Positions 33,093 through 43,825 of a stretch of DNA of 61,536 nucleotides are shown here, in pieces. Position numbers and translations under genes: made by a program. Source of the stretch: Oscillospiraceae bacterium (lineage in GTDB: Bacteria; Bacillota; Clostridia; Oscillospirales; JAAYXM01); contig JAFYPW010000017.1 of NCBI GenBank assembly GCA_017559985.1, positions 1 to 61,536 on the forward strand, read 5' to 3'. The notes under the pieces are model-generated. The model saw only the letters and a list, made by a program, of their open reading frames with translations, had not been told where the DNA came from and did not search any database. Within the stretch, counting starts at the first letter, position 1; each line of letters starts with the position of its first letter.

Positions 33093-34142
33093 CTATTCCT
33101 CCAATGCACAGGCGATTATTCTGTCAAGAAGCTCCGAAAACTCCATACCGCAGGCAGCAAGCAGCTTTGCATACATGCTGATGCTCGTAAAGCCCGGTAT
33201 GGTGTTTATCTCATTGAACACAATCTCACCCGTGTTCTTGTTTATGAAAAAATCAACCCTCGAAAGCCCGCGACAGCCTATCGCGTGGTAAATAGTTTTT
33301 GCCGCACGGCGGATTTCATCCGACACATCCTGCGGTATGTCTGCGGGAATTACCGTTTTTGACGCACTGTTGTTATATTTTGATTCATATGAATAAGTCT
33401 CGGTCGCAGAAAGCACTTCTCCGCAAACAGAGACGATTGCATCGTCGTTTCCGAGCACTGCCGTTTCAATCTCGCGGGCAGGGATAAATTCCTCAACAAG
33501 CGCTCGCCCGCCGTATCTGAGCGCCTCGGAAAGAGTTTCTTTGAGCTCCTCACGGGAAGACGCCTTTGATGCACCGACGGAAGAACCTGTGCCCGTGGGT
33601 TTTACAAAGACGGGATAAGGCAGTTTTTTCTCAACCTCATCTATTACCGTTCTGTCCTCAAAATTCTTTTTTGTGGCAAGAACCCACTCCGCCTGGCGGA
33701 TGCCTGTTTTTTCAACAATGAGCTTTGTGAGCGATTTGTCCATCGAAATGGCACTTGCCGCAAGTCCCGGACCGACGCACGGAACACCGGCAAGCTCGCA
33801 CATACCCTGAATTCTGCCGTCCTCTGCATTTTCTCCGTGCATAACGGGAAAAACTACGTCTGCATCAATTTTCTCCCCGCCGTCGCAGATTATTCCGGAA
33901 AAAGCGCGGTTTACAGAAAACGTACACGCAACTTTTTTCTCACAAAGCCATGTGCCGTCTTCTATTTTTTCTGCGCTTATTTCAGGAAGACAGTACCACT
34001 CTCCGTCACGCGTGATACCGACAAGCGTAATATTATACTTTTCTTTGCAAATCCCGCGATATACAGCCGCAGCGGATTTCAAGGATATTTCATATTCCGG
34101 CGAAGCTCCTCCAAAGAGCAGGGCAAGGTTGATTTTTTTCAT
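33093..34142 (-). CDS. ddl: D-alanine--D-alanine ligase
   Basis: FGGASPEYEISL, HGENAEDG, GSSVG, SRVDFF, NEINTIPGFT. Confidence 0.95.
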   Translation of the reverse strand: MKKINLALLFGGASPEYEISLKSAAAVYRGICKEKYNITLVGITRDGEWYCLPEISAEKIEDGTWLCEKKVACTFSVNRAFSGIICDGGEKIDADVVFPVMHGENAEDGRIQGMCELAGVPCVGPGLAASAISMDKSLTKLIVEKTGIRQAEWVLATKKNFEDRTVIDEVEKKLPYPVFVKPTGTGSSVGASKASSREELKETLSEALRYGGRALVEEFIPAREIETAVLGNDDAIVSVCGEVLSATETYSYESKYNNSASKTVIPADIPQDVSDEIRRAAKTIYHAIGCRGLSRVDFFINKNTGEIVFNEINTIPGFTSISMYAKLLAACGMEFSELLDRIIACALEE

Positions 34143-34245
34143 CTGACGCCATCTCCGATAATATAATTTTTCTGTGTTCTATTTATATGTGGAAAAGAGT
34201 TTTCATATGTTGTATAATCAATAGCATAAGGTAAGGTGACAGGAT

Positions 34246-34650
34246 ATGCAGATAGAATTTTCCGGAAAACATTTCCGCAGGCTTTTAGACCTTGTTTATA
34301 TAGGAAACTGGGTGCTCAATTCATACAGAGGCGGCGACCGCATACCCGATTTTGACGAGGTGGAAAGCTATGTCTTTTCGCAGTGTGCTCGCTTTGATAT
34401 GGGCGCGCTGTGTGAGCTTTCCGACGGAGAGGTTATTCCCTCCCGCGCTTTTTCCGAGGGCGGAATCCACGAGGCGATAATGGACTATGAGGACTCTGTC
34501 TTTTTCGAAATTCTCGCAGAAGAACTTGCGCACCGCGACATTGCCGACGGTGAGTTTACGGAAGCAGAGCTTGTTTTAAGGCGCGAAACCTATATCCGCG
34601 AGTTTGAAAACAACGGCATAACAAACGTCTCCGTCGACACGGAATTATAA
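34246..34650 (+). CDS. Hypothetical acidic protein
   Basis: 134 aa; AAGGTGA/AGGA RBS and upstream TATAAT; divergent from ddl. Confidence 0.75.
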   Translation: MQIEFSGKHFRRLLDLVYIGNWVLNSYRGGDRIPDFDEVESYVFSQCARFDMGALCELSDGEVIPSRAFSEGGIHEAIMDYEDSVFFEILAEELAHRDIADGEFTEAELVLRRETYIREFENNGITNVSVDTEL

Positions 34651-35313
34651 TATCACATATGCAAAAATCGAGATGAAGTGGCAAACGCTTCCTCCGAGCG
34701 CGAGGAAATGAAACACGGAGTGCATATACTTTTTCTTCTTTCCGAGGCCGTATAAAACCGCGCCCACCGTATAAAGCACGCCGCCGGAAAGCAGTAAAAC
34801 GACTCCCGCAGGTTCAACGCTTGATATGAGCGCGCGGGCAGAAAAGACAATTGCCCAGCCCATCGCAATGTATATTATCATTGACATCACGCGGAATTTG
34901 TGGACGTTTATCGCGTTAAAGGTTATTCCCACCGTGGCAGCCAGCCAGATTACCACGAATATATAAAAACCCACGTTTTCACGCATGGCAACAAGCGTGT
35001 ATGGGGTATATGTTCCTGCTATGAGGAAATATATGCTGCAATGGTCAAGTGTCCTGAACACTTTTTTTGCAAGGTTTATGCCGAGCGCATGATATATCGT
35101 TGAAACAGTATAGAGAACTATCATAGACGCGCCGTAGATTGCGCTTGAAACTATCTTCCACGCATCGCCCTGGTGCGCAGAAAATACGACAGAGAGAATA
35201 AGCGCGACTATTCCGAAGGCGGCTCCGAGTCCGTGAGATATTGAATTTACCAGCTCTTCGCCGAGCGTGTATTTCGGGATTCCGAGCCTTTCTCTTTTTT
35301 CGTTTTTGTCCAT
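34645..35313 (-). CDS. Hemolysin III / PAQR-family membrane protein
   Basis: EELVNSISHG, STIYH, DHCSIYFLIAGTYTP, HSVFH. Confidence 0.94.
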   Translation of the reverse strand: MDKNEKRERLGIPKYTLGEELVNSISHGLGAAFGIVALILSVVFSAHQGDAWKIVSSAIYGASMIVLYTVSTIYHALGINLAKKVFRTLDHCSIYFLIAGTYTPYTLVAMRENVGFYIFVVIWLAATVGITFNAINVHKFRVMSMIIYIAMGWAIVFSARALISSVEPAGVVLLLSGGVLYTVGAVLYGLGKKKKYMHSVFHFLALGGSVCHFISIFAYVIL

Positions 35314-35389
35314 AGTTCCATTTCTCCTTATAACTTATCTATAATACCACTTTTTGCGGCAAATTACAATCGTTTTATAAAAACAGCAA

Positions 35390-35423
35390 AAAATACCACG
35401 TCAAAAATCTGACGTGGTATTTT
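35390..35423. terminator. Intrinsic terminator after the phosphomutase gene
   Basis: AAAATACCACGTCA-aaaatc-TGACGTGGTATTTT with T runs on both sides. Confidence 0.8.
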
Positions 35424-35427
35424 ATTT

Positions 35428-37131
35428 TTATTCTCCGATTTTTTTGGCAGCTTCGGTGAATTTCCCGGCAGTTGCGGCAGCTTCATCGGGTGTTTCGCCA
35501 CTCGCAAGGACGTACACCTTTATCTTGGGCTCTGTCCCCGAAGGACGGATAATGAAGTTTGAGCCGTCCTCCATCTCAAAATAGAGAACATTGCTTCCCG
35601 AAAGCGGAAGCTTTTCTCCGAGATTTGTCTCCCCCGAAAGATAGTCACGCACACGGGATACTCTCACGCCCGCAATCTCCGAAGGCGGACAATCACGTAT
35701 ATTCTTCATTATTTCTTTCATCTTCGAAAGGCCTGAAACACCCGGAAGAACGACATTCACCGTCCGCTCGTCATATGCACCGTATTTTTCATACAGCGAC
35801 AACATAGCTTCATATAAGCTTTTTCCCTGCAAACTGTAATACGCCGCCATCTCAGCCACGAGCAGAGATGCAGTTACCGCGTCCTTGTCGCGGCAGAAAT
35901 CACCGACGAGGTAGCCGTAGGATTCCTCGTAACCGAAAACAAAACCTTCGCTCCCCTCTTCTTCTATCTTCTCTGCAATAAACTTAAAGCCAGTAAAGGT
36001 TTCAAACATAGAAACGCCGTTTTCCTCACAGACGCGCCGTGCCATTTCGGTTGTAACAATTGTTTTTATTGCATATGCCCCGGCGCCAAGCTCTCCCGAC
36101 TCTTTCTTCGCCGTTATTATATAGTCAAGCAGCAGCACGCCAAGCTGGTTTCCCGAGATTTGGACATACTCGCCGTTTTTGTCGCGCGAAAGCACACCTA
36201 TTCTGTCGGCATCGGGGTCTGTTCCGATTATGAGGTCTGCATTCCCGCTCTTTGCAAGTTCTATTGCAAGAGCAAATCCCTCCCGGTTTTCGGGATTCGG
36301 GCTTTTTACGGTTGAAAAGTTTCCGTCGGGTATCATCTGCTCCGGAACACAGATTATGTTTTTAAAACCCGCGCGAGAGAGAAGCTCCGGCACGAGACGG
36401 GCGCCCGTGCCGTGAAACGGCGTATAGACGATTTTAAAATCGCGTGCCGCATCTTTTATACTCTCTGCCCTGACAGAGCAGGAAAGGCTGTGAACGAGAA
36501 ACGCCTCGTCAACCTCTTCTCCGATAAGGGTTATAAGGCCTTTTTCTTTTGCAAGTTCATAGTCCATCGTGCGGACACCCGAAAAAATGTCGGTCTTTCT
36601 GATTTCGGCAAGAACAACATCGGCTTCTTTTGGCGGAAGCTGTGCGCCGTCAGACCAATATGCTTTATATCCGTTATATTCCTTCGGGTTATGGCTTGCC
36701 GTTATATTTATTCCTGCTATACAATCCATTGCGCGGATTGCAAACGAAAGCTCGGGTGTCGGGCGCATAGACTCAAAAAGATAAACCGAAACTCCGTTTG
36801 CCGCAAGAACACATGCCGCCTCGCGGGCAAACTCCTCACTTCCTGTGCGGCAGTCCATACATATTGCAACGCCACGGTTCATTGCCTTATTTCCTTTTGC
36901 GCGGATGAGCGCCGCGATGCCCTGCGTCGCCTGACGGACGGTGTAAACATTCATACGGTTTGTTCCGAGCCCGATAACACCGCGAAGTCCTGCCGTTCCG
37001 AATTTAAGGGGAGCGAAAAACCTGTCCTCAATCTCCTCCCTGTTTTCCTTTATTGAAATAAGCTCCTCCCGCTCTGCATCGGAAAGAGATTTTTCAAAAA
37101 GCCATCTTTCATATTCCTTGATGTAGTCCAT
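35428..37131 (-). CDS. Phosphoglucomutase/phosphomannomutase
   Basis: FGTAGLRG, TASHNP, DPDADR, GYEES, RPSGTEPKIK. Confidence 0.95.
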   Translation of the reverse strand: MDYIKEYERWLFEKSLSDAEREELISIKENREEIEDRFFAPLKFGTAGLRGVIGLGTNRMNVYTVRQATQGIAALIRAKGNKAMNRGVAICMDCRTGSEEFAREAACVLAANGVSVYLFESMRPTPELSFAIRAMDCIAGINITASHNPKEYNGYKAYWSDGAQLPPKEADVVLAEIRKTDIFSGVRTMDYELAKEKGLITLIGEEVDEAFLVHSLSCSVRAESIKDAARDFKIVYTPFHGTGARLVPELLSRAGFKNIICVPEQMIPDGNFSTVKSPNPENREGFALAIELAKSGNADLIIGTDPDADRIGVLSRDKNGEYVQISGNQLGVLLLDYIITAKKESGELGAGAYAIKTIVTTEMARRVCEENGVSMFETFTGFKFIAEKIEEEGSEGFVFGYEESYGYLVGDFCRDKDAVTASLLVAEMAAYYSLQGKSLYEAMLSLYEKYGAYDERTVNVVLPGVSGLSKMKEIMKNIRDCPPSEIAGVRVSRVRDYLSGETNLGEKLPLSGSNVLYFEMEDGSNFIIRPSGTEPKIKVYVLASGETPDEAAATAGKFTEAAKKIGE

Positions 37132-37143
37132 AAGTCATTCTCC

Positions 37144-37617
37144 TTATTTATGGTACCCCGAGCCCTCTTCTATCTTAAAAGCGCGATATATCTGTTCAAG
37201 CACCATTACGCGGGCAAGGTGGTGCGGGAATGTCATCGGAGACATTGAAAGGCGCATATCGCTTTTTTTCTTTATCTCTTCGTCAATACCGTTGGAGCCG
37301 CCGATTATAAAGCACAGCCGCGATTTCCCGCGGCATTTGAGCTCTGAAACCGTTTCTGAAAGCTGCTCGCTTGAAAGCATTTTCCCCTCTATGCACATAC
37401 ATACAACAAAAGCATCTTTCGGGATTTTTGACTGTATCCGCTCACCCTCCTGCGCAAGTGCGCGCGAAATTTCCGCACCCCCTTGCGCGGGAGTCTCCGG
37501 AAGTTCTGTTATCCGGAGGCTGCAATATGCGCCAAGGCGTTTTTTGTATTCCTCACACGCATCACAAAAAAACTTTTCTTTAAGTTTGCCCACACATATA
37601 ATATCTATTCCGAGCAT
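37144..37617 (-). CDS. rlmH: 23S rRNA m3-pseudouridine-1915 methyltransferase; start at MLGID
   Basis: CVGKLKEK, IIGGSNG, MTFPH, EQIYRAF...GYHK. Confidence 0.95.
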   Translation of the reverse strand: MLGIDIICVGKLKEKFFCDACEEYKKRLGAYCSLRITELPETPAQGGAEISRALAQEGERIQSKIPKDAFVVCMCIEGKMLSSEQLSETVSELKCRGKSRLCFIIGGSNGIDEEIKKKSDMRLSMSPMTFPHHLARVMVLEQIYRAFKIEEGSGYHK

Positions 37618-37618
37618 A

Positions 37619-38413
37619 TCATTCACCCACAACCACAAGCTCTCCGCGTTTTCCGCGCGGCGCGACATAGAGCATAACATCAACCCCGGGAATTATCCCG
37701 CTTTGTGTAAGTGCCGTGTGAACTGCGGTATACGCATCGTCGGGTGTGTTATTCTCAGCGCTTATATGCCCTAAAATTATATTGCGCGTACCTTCCTCCG
37801 CCGCCTTTACCGCAACTGCGGCACACTCGTCGTTTGACAGATGCCCACGTCCGCCGACGATTCTCTCTTTTAAAAACGCGGGATATTTGCTGTAACGCAG
37901 GCGGCGTTTATCATAATTTGACTCCAGAAGAAGGGTGTCTGCGCCGAGAAGGTTTCCGAGGAGAGTGTCGTCCACCCGTCCGATGTCCGTCGCAACAACC
38001 GCACATTCATTTTCTGTTTCTATACGATACCCCATACTTTCGTATGTGTCGTGAGGCGTGTCAAACGCCGTGACGCGGAGATTTCCCACCTTTACCGTTT
38101 CTCCTGCTCTGATGCACTTTATTTTTCCCCGAAGCGCGTCTATCCGTTCACCGATACCGCGCGCAGTACCACAGGAGGCATATATCGGGGCATTCGTCCG
38201 CTCGGAAATTTTAAGAAGCCCTGTTATATGGTCGCTGTGCTCGTGGGTTATAAAAATTGCATCTGTTGCGGAAATTCCCACTTTGAGCATAGAAAGCTCT
38301 CCGATTATTCTCGTTGCGGAAATCCCCGTATCAATCAATATATTCACTTTTCCGTCAGATATGTATGTTGAGTTTCCGTTTGAGCCGCTTGCAAGCGGAC
38401 ATATCTTTATCAT
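37619..38413 (-). CDS. MBL-fold hydrolase, YycJ/WalJ-like; start at MIKIC
   Basis: LASGSNGN, THEHSDH, PHD, ESNYD, GHLSN. Confidence 0.9.
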   Translation of the reverse strand: MIKICPLASGSNGNSTYISDGKVNILIDTGISATRIIGELSMLKVGISATDAIFITHEHSDHITGLLKISERTNAPIYASCGTARGIGERIDALRGKIKCIRAGETVKVGNLRVTAFDTPHDTYESMGYRIETENECAVVATDIGRVDDTLLGNLLGADTLLLESNYDKRRLRYSKYPAFLKERIVGGRGHLSNDECAAVAVKAAEEGTRNIILGHISAENNTPDDAYTAVHTALTQSGIIPGVDVMLYVAPRGKRGELVVVGE

Positions 38414-38436
38414 AGCCTTTTCCTCATCTATTAACA

Positions 38437-38463
38437 AAGGAACGGTTTTTTGTCCCGTTCCTT
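38437..38463 (-). terminator. Hairpin after murA
   Basis: AAGGAACGG...CCGTTCCTT 9-bp stem followed by a short T-rich tract. Confidence 0.5.
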
Positions 38464-38471
38464 CCTGTTTC

Positions 38472-39761
38472 TTATTGTGCCTTTGCAAATGTCGTGCCGT
38501 CGGGCACATCTACGCGACGGATATGTGCGCCGATTGCCTGAAGCTTTTCAACTATATGCTCATATCCGCGTTCTATATGAGAGATATCTTCAACCTCGGT
38601 TGTTCCACTCGCCGCAAGACCTGCGATAACGAGCGCCGCACCTGCGCGAAGGTCACACGCGCGCACAGGCGCACCCATAAGCCTCTCAACACCCTCAACT
38701 ATTGCAGTTTTTCCGTCAACCTGGATTTTCGCACCCATTCTGCGAAGCTCTTCAACGTATCTGTAACGGTTGTCCCACACGCCCTCGGTTACAAGGCTCA
38801 TTCCCTCTGCTATTGAGAGAACAACAGTCGCCTGGGGCTGCATATCTGTGGGAAAGCCGGGATACGGCAGAGTTTTTATGTTTGTTTTTGAAAGCGGAGC
38901 TGTCCTTTTTACAAGAAGCGCATCGTCGTACTCAGTGATTTCAGCTCCCATCTCGGCAAGCTTTGCCGTTATACAGTCAAGGTGTTTGGGAATGACGTTC
39001 TTTATAAGAACCTCTCCGCCGCAGGCGCATGCAGCAGCCATATATGTTCCCGCTTCTATCTGGTCGGGGATTATGGTATATGCTCCGCCTTCAAGACGCT
39101 TGACGCCGCGAACCTTTATAACGTCAGTTCCCGCGCCGCTTATATTCGCGCCCATTGAGTTCAAGAAATTTGCAAGGTCAACTATATGCGGCTCTTTTGC
39201 CGCGTTTTCTATAACAGTGAGGCCGTCGGCAAGAACTGCCGCAAGAACCGTGTTTATCGTAGCACCGACAGACACAACGTCAAGGTAGACAGGTGCTGCG
39301 CGAAGCCTTCCGACGCAGTCTGCAAAGACATAGCCGTTCTGGACGTCAACATTTGCGCCAAGCAGCTTAAACGCCTTTGTGTGCTGGTCTATGGGACGGT
39401 CGCCGAGGTTGCATCCTCCGGGAAGCGATACCTGGGCAGACCCAAAGCGGCCGAGCAGAGCACCGATGAGGTAGTATGAGGCGCGGATCATCCTCGCCAT
39501 GTCATAGTCCGCCTTCGTCGTGCGTATTTTTGACGCATTTATTTCAACACAGTTACGGTTTATAAGCCTGACATCCGCGCCAAGATTGCGCAGAAGGTCA
39601 AGCATAAGCGTAACGTCCCTGATTTCAGGAACGTTTTCTATTCTGCATGTGCCGTCAACGAGAAGAGCCGCGGGGATTATTGCGACAGCCGCGTTTTTTG
39701 CGCCGCTTATCGTAACTTCGCCCGAAAGCCCGTATCCGCCGTCGATAACATATTTAGTCAA
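38472..39761 (-). CDS. murA: UDP-N-acetylglucosamine 1-carboxyvinyltransferase
   Basis: GAKNA, RAS, LPGGCNLGDRP, SVGAT, PGFPTDMQ, DLRAGA, RGYE. Confidence 0.96.
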   Translation of the reverse strand: MTKYVIDGGYGLSGEVTISGAKNAAVAIIPAALLVDGTCRIENVPEIRDVTLMLDLLRNLGADVRLINRNCVEINASKIRTTKADYDMARMIRASYYLIGALLGRFGSAQVSLPGGCNLGDRPIDQHTKAFKLLGANVDVQNGYVFADCVGRLRAAPVYLDVVSVGATINTVLAAVLADGLTVIENAAKEPHIVDLANFLNSMGANISGAGTDVIKVRGVKRLEGGAYTIIPDQIEAGTYMAAACACGGEVLIKNVIPKHLDCITAKLAEMGAEITEYDDALLVKRTAPLSKTNIKTLPYPGFPTDMQPQATVVLSIAEGMSLVTEGVWDNRYRYVEELRRMGAKIQVDGKTAIVEGVERLMGAPVRACDLRAGAALVIAGLAASGTTEVEDISHIERGYEHIVEKLQAIGAHIRRVDVPDGTTFAKAQ

Positions 39762-39833
39762 CTTCTGGCACCTTCTTCTCTGTGTACTCTTATCATTATA
39801 AACAAAATAACAATCTGATATTCCCCAAAATAG

Positions 39834-39862
39834 ATTATAGCAGACTTCATCTCAAAATGCAA
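39834..39862 (-). promoter_or_regulatory. Sigma-A promoter for murA
   Basis: TTGCAT-17 nt-TATAAT with extended -10 TG. Confidence 0.7.
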
Positions 39863-39889
39863 AGATTATTTAGCATATAACGAAAGTTT

Positions 39890-40711
39890 TTACGGCATTA
39901 TAGGCGCGCCGTCTGTCATATTCATATAGAACACACCCGCATCCGTCCGCAGACATAGCGTCGGTGTCAGCATAACCACTCCGGAAACCGGTGTTCTTGC
40001 AATGTATCCGGGGTCTATTTCCAGAATTTTTATGCTTTGAATGTTCTGTTTTTTTACAACATCTGCAAACTTTATCATAAGCGACGATGTTGGAAGAACC
40101 TCGCCCTCGGCACGGATAAGCCTTCCCCGCCCTATGAACTTTCCCGAGCCTATGATACTTCCGCTGCTTGAAATATTGAGCTCTATATCACTTGCAAAAG
40201 TGCGCACACCGGAAAACACCTGCGGAATCTTTACCGCATAACTTCCCTCGCCCCCGCTCACTTCAATCAGATTGCGTGACGTTGAAACGGATAGCTTTCG
40301 CGCAATCTCCTCGGCAAGGGCACGTGCATCATCGGGAGTTTGCACACTTTTCCCCGATTCGTAAACAAGGGAAAAGGCTTCTTTTAAGAACATTATGTTG
40401 CCGCCCGCGCCCGAATAAACCGTTCCCTCTCCGTCAGAGGTTTCCTTTACTTCACCAAAAAGGCGTAAAGCCAGCTTTTCTGCATCGTTTCGCGCCTTTA
40501 CCGTGGCAAAAAGAATTTTAACCGAGTCGAGAGGTATTATATTCTCCTCAACCTCTATCCCCTGTAAGGAAAGTATTTCCGACACCTCGTGGCGGAGGGT
40601 GAGCTCGTCTCCTCTCGCTTCGTTCTCACGCATTATATATGTCACCAAAAGAAACGCATTTACTGCCAGAAGAAGTGCTATTATAACTGTTTTTGCCCTT
40701 GACCAGTCCAA
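39890..40711 (-). CDS. YycI/WalI-like regulatory protein; probable TTG start
   Basis: (M)DWSRAKTVIIALLLAVNAFL matches the YycI N-terminal anchor; fourth gene of the walRK cluster. Confidence 0.8.
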   Translation of the reverse strand: MDWSRAKTVIIALLLAVNAFLLVTYIMRENEARGDELTLRHEVSEILSLQGIEVEENIIPLDSVKILFATVKARNDAEKLALRLFGEVKETSDGEGTVYSGAGGNIMFLKEAFSLVYESGKSVQTPDDARALAEEIARKLSVSTSRNLIEVSGGEGSYAVKIPQVFSGVRTFASDIELNISSSGSIIGSGKFIGRGRLIRAEGEVLPTSSLMIKFADVVKKQNIQSIKILEIDPGYIARTPVSGVVMLTPTLCLRTDAGVFYMNMTDGAPIMP

Positions 40712-40713
40712 CT

Positions 40714-42048
40714 CTACTGCGCCCCCTTCTTCTGCATACCGCCGATAAACCACGACGGCGCAATGCTTGCCGCGCCTGTATCCTTATATCTGAGGTTAAG
40801 GTCTTTTTTTCCTTTTCCGTCCTGCACCGCAGCTGATGCAAGAAGCTCGGGGAGAACGTCCGCGGTCTGCCCGGAAGCTTCATATCCCAAAAGATTTATA
40901 CGCGCTTCTCCGACACTCTTTTCCTTTACCAGAACACGCGCAAAGCAAACCGTGTTTTTCATATCAACCGGTACTCCGCCAATGTGTCTGCCGAAAACAA
41001 ACTCCACTTCATCTCCGTCAGTTGTGACGGATGAGAGGTATATTCCTCCGCTTCCGGAAATGCGTGATGCCAGAAGCGCAACGAGTGAGCGTGCCGTTTC
41101 ACATTTTTCGGAAAGCGACGGTATTTCAACATCTGAAACAACCTCTATTCCGAGTGTTTCGTCTGCACTTTCCCTGTTGTCTGTGTATGACACAATACCC
41201 TCAGGAAGAAGGCGCAGCGTTACCATATCGGCTACATAAACCTCTGTTCCGTCCTTTTCCGAATAGTGCGACGGAGCCGCTCCGGAAAAGCGGAAGATTT
41301 CAAGGCAGGCGGCGGTCGTGTCTGCCGTGAACGTGGCAAGTGTGTTGTATGAAGAAATGAGTGCGGGACTGATGCGGTTTGAAGACACAAGCATCTCATC
41401 TGTCGCCGCGAGAAATTCCTTCTCTTCCCGCTTTGCTGCAAAAGAAAGGCTGTTTGCCGGAACATCCTTTAAACTTTCACTCAGAGAACCTGACGACACC
41501 GAAGTTTCCACGCGGTAAACCTTATTCGTTTCCGGATTTTTGATGTGTATTGTAACCGTTCTTCCGGTCGTGGAAAAAACAAAATATCTGCCGCACACGG
41601 TTTCGTTTCCCGAAGTTTCCGAAAGCCATAATTTCAGCGCCTCATACGGAACGTTGCCGCGATAGTCAAAAAACACACCATCGCCAAGAAGCGCCGCAGA
41701 AAACGTCTCCTCCGTTGATACACGGATATCTTTTCCGCGGCGAAGCACCGTCGCGATCTGCGGGCGAAGCTTTTTGTATATCTCGTCACACGCGTTCTGG
41801 TCATATACCGCACCCTGCGTCACCCCGTCTTGCGTTATGGCAATCGCAAGCGGGCGTATGCCGAAGCGGTCAAGGTCTCCCCCCGCTCCGCCGGACACAA
41901 AGCCTCCCGACGCAGCATTGAGAATTCCCGAAAAATTAAACTCACCGAAAGGACTGTCAAAAAACCAGACAGCATACGTAAGATAAACCATTCCCAAAAG
42001 AAGAACGCAGATGAGCACGGTTTTTATCCGTTCCTTTGTCGTACTCAT
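40714..42048 (-). CDS. YycH/WalH-like regulatory protein
   Basis: ERIKTVLICVLL...LTYAVW N-terminal anchor; directly after the kinase. Confidence 0.75.
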   Translation of the reverse strand: MSTTKERIKTVLICVLLLGMVYLTYAVWFFDSPFGEFNFSGILNAASGGFVSGGAGGDLDRFGIRPLAIAITQDGVTQGAVYDQNACDEIYKKLRPQIATVLRRGKDIRVSTEETFSAALLGDGVFFDYRGNVPYEALKLWLSETSGNETVCGRYFVFSTTGRTVTIHIKNPETNKVYRVETSVSSGSLSESLKDVPANSLSFAAKREEKEFLAATDEMLVSSNRISPALISSYNTLATFTADTTAACLEIFRFSGAAPSHYSEKDGTEVYVADMVTLRLLPEGIVSYTDNRESADETLGIEVVSDVEIPSLSEKCETARSLVALLASRISGSGGIYLSSVTTDGDEVEFVFGRHIGGVPVDMKNTVCFARVLVKEKSVGEARINLLGYEASGQTADVLPELLASAAVQDGKGKKDLNLRYKDTGAASIAPSWFIGGMQKKGAQ

Positions 42049-43799
42049 TCTTTTTCACCTTCATCGTTTTTCGGCAGTATTACCGAAATAGTAGTGCCCT
42101 TATGATATACACTCGTAAGCTTTATCTCTCCGCCGTGGTGTTCCACAATCTCTTTTGCAATGGCAAGGCCAAGGCCCGTGCCGCCGCGGTCGCGGCTTCG
42201 CGCTTTATCAACACGGTAGAAGCGTTCGAACAGGCGCGGCTGGTCCTTTTCGGGAATACCGATACCGTTGTCCGTTACTGTTATTTTTATGTGTTCATCA
42301 AGGCTTTCTGCCGAGAAGTCTATCTTTCCGCCGTCAGGCGTGTATTTCACTGCATTTGAAATGAGGTTTATGAGCACCTGCTCAATTCTCTCGCGGTCGC
42401 CATAAAACATCGGGAGTGACGAGTCAACAGACATAGTCAGCTTATGACCGTGACGGCGCGCCTCCATCTCCATTGCACGGTAGGCGTTTTCAACACTCTT
42501 TTTAAGAGAAAACCGCTCTATCTTCCAGTCCATCTTCGCAGAATCGAGACGCGAGAGCGTTAAAAGGTCCTTTACTATTCTCGTCATTCTGTCCGTCTCG
42601 TTTAAGATTACGCTGTAAAACTGCGACTTCATCTCCTCCGGTGCATCGGGAGAATCAACAAGCGTTTCCGTGTAGCTTTTAACGTTTGTAAGCGGGGTGC
42701 GAAGCTCGTGCGATACGTTTGCAACAAACTCGCGTCGTGAGTTTTCAAGCTTCTGCTGTGCCGTGAAGTCGTGGATAATGGCGATTATGCCGTTCTCGCC
42801 CGCATCCTCGCCAAATCGCGCGAAGCTGGTTTTGAGCGTTTTTTCTCCAACCTGGAGGTCATATTCCAGAACGCTGTCTTCCGTTTCGAGAAGTGACGCA
42901 AAATCAACGCCGTTGTCTTTAAAAATTTCAGCGTATGTTCGCTCCTTTTTTTCGTCAAAGCCGAGCATCTCAACCGCTGTCGGGTTATGGTGGATAAGCT
43001 TTCCTTCTTTCGAAAACGCCATAACGCCGTCCGTCATATAAAGGAAGATTGTGTCAAGCTTATTGCGCTCGTCCTCAACCTTTGCGATTGTGCGGTTAAG
43101 TGCCGTCGCCATATCGTTGAAGGTTTCCGTAAGCGTTCCTATCTCGTCGTTTGAAAGTACTGCAAGAGACGTGTCAAGCTCACCGAGGGAAAGCTTTTTC
43201 GCTCCCTTTGTGATTTTTTCAATGGGATTCGTTATCGTTTTTGCAAAGAGAAAGCTTAAAATAACCGCTATGACAAGAGCAAAGAGCATCGTTCTTAAAA
43301 TTATCGTAAACATGGACGAGGTGAGGTTCTGAAGGTCCTGCTTAGTGTCCTTTATATAGACAATGTAGCGGACTTCGCCGTCTATCTCAACAGGACAGGC
43401 GCGGTCAATATAGCCGCTTGAAATCTTCTTTTCCTGACCGATTCTCCCGCTCATCGCGGCGACAACCGCAGGCGTCGCCTCAACCTTTTCGTCATTCGAG
43501 CCAAAAAGCGTTTCTCCGGTTTTTCCGTCAAGTATGTAGTAATTGCGGTATGTGCTGATTTTCATTGCGGATGCGTGTGCACCCATCACGGTATCAAGAC
43601 GCTCTGCACCGTTTTCGGCAACGGCTTCGTTTTTGAGCATGGCAAACATCTCGGCGCCAAACACCGAGTTCATCTGCTCTGTAAAATCATCAAAATAGTA
43701 AACCGAAACGCGGTTTAGCATAAACGTTCCGACTATCGCCATAACCGAAATGACCAAAAGCACGAAAACCGAAACGAGCTTCATTTGAAGCGAACGCAA
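42045..43799 (-). CDS. walK: Sensor histidine kinase, WalK-like
   Basis: Two TM helices, HAMP, PAS-like MTDGV, FVANVSHELRTPL, NAVKY, DNGIGI, FYRVDKARSR, GTGLGL. Confidence 0.85.
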   Translation of the reverse strand: MRSLQMKLVSVFVLLVISVMAIVGTFMLNRVSVYYFDDFTEQMNSVFGAEMFAMLKNEAVAENGAERLDTVMGAHASAMKISTYRNYYILDGKTGETLFGSNDEKVEATPAVVAAMSGRIGQEKKISSGYIDRACPVEIDGEVRYIVYIKDTKQDLQNLTSSMFTIILRTMLFALVIAVILSFLFAKTITNPIEKITKGAKKLSLGELDTSLAVLSNDEIGTLTETFNDMATALNRTIAKVEDERNKLDTIFLYMTDGVMAFSKEGKLIHHNPTAVEMLGFDEKKERTYAEIFKDNGVDFASLLETEDSVLEYDLQVGEKTLKTSFARFGEDAGENGIIAIIHDFTAQQKLENSRREFVANVSHELRTPLTNVKSYTETLVDSPDAPEEMKSQFYSVILNETDRMTRIVKDLLTLSRLDSAKMDWKIERFSLKKSVENAYRAMEMEARRHGHKLTMSVDSSLPMFYGDRERIEQVLINLISNAVKYTPDGGKIDFSAESLDEHIKITVTDNGIGIPEKDQPRLFERFYRVDKARSRDRGGTGLGLAIAKEIVEHHGGEIKLTSVYHKGTTISVILPKNDEGEKE

Positions 43800-43825
43800 A
43801 GCGGCTCCCTCCCCTCAACAAATAA

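Noticed and set aside
37131-37170. rlmH 3' end as an occupied integration site
   Set aside because: The phosphomutase gene starts 12 bp after the rlmH stop, so nothing is inserted.
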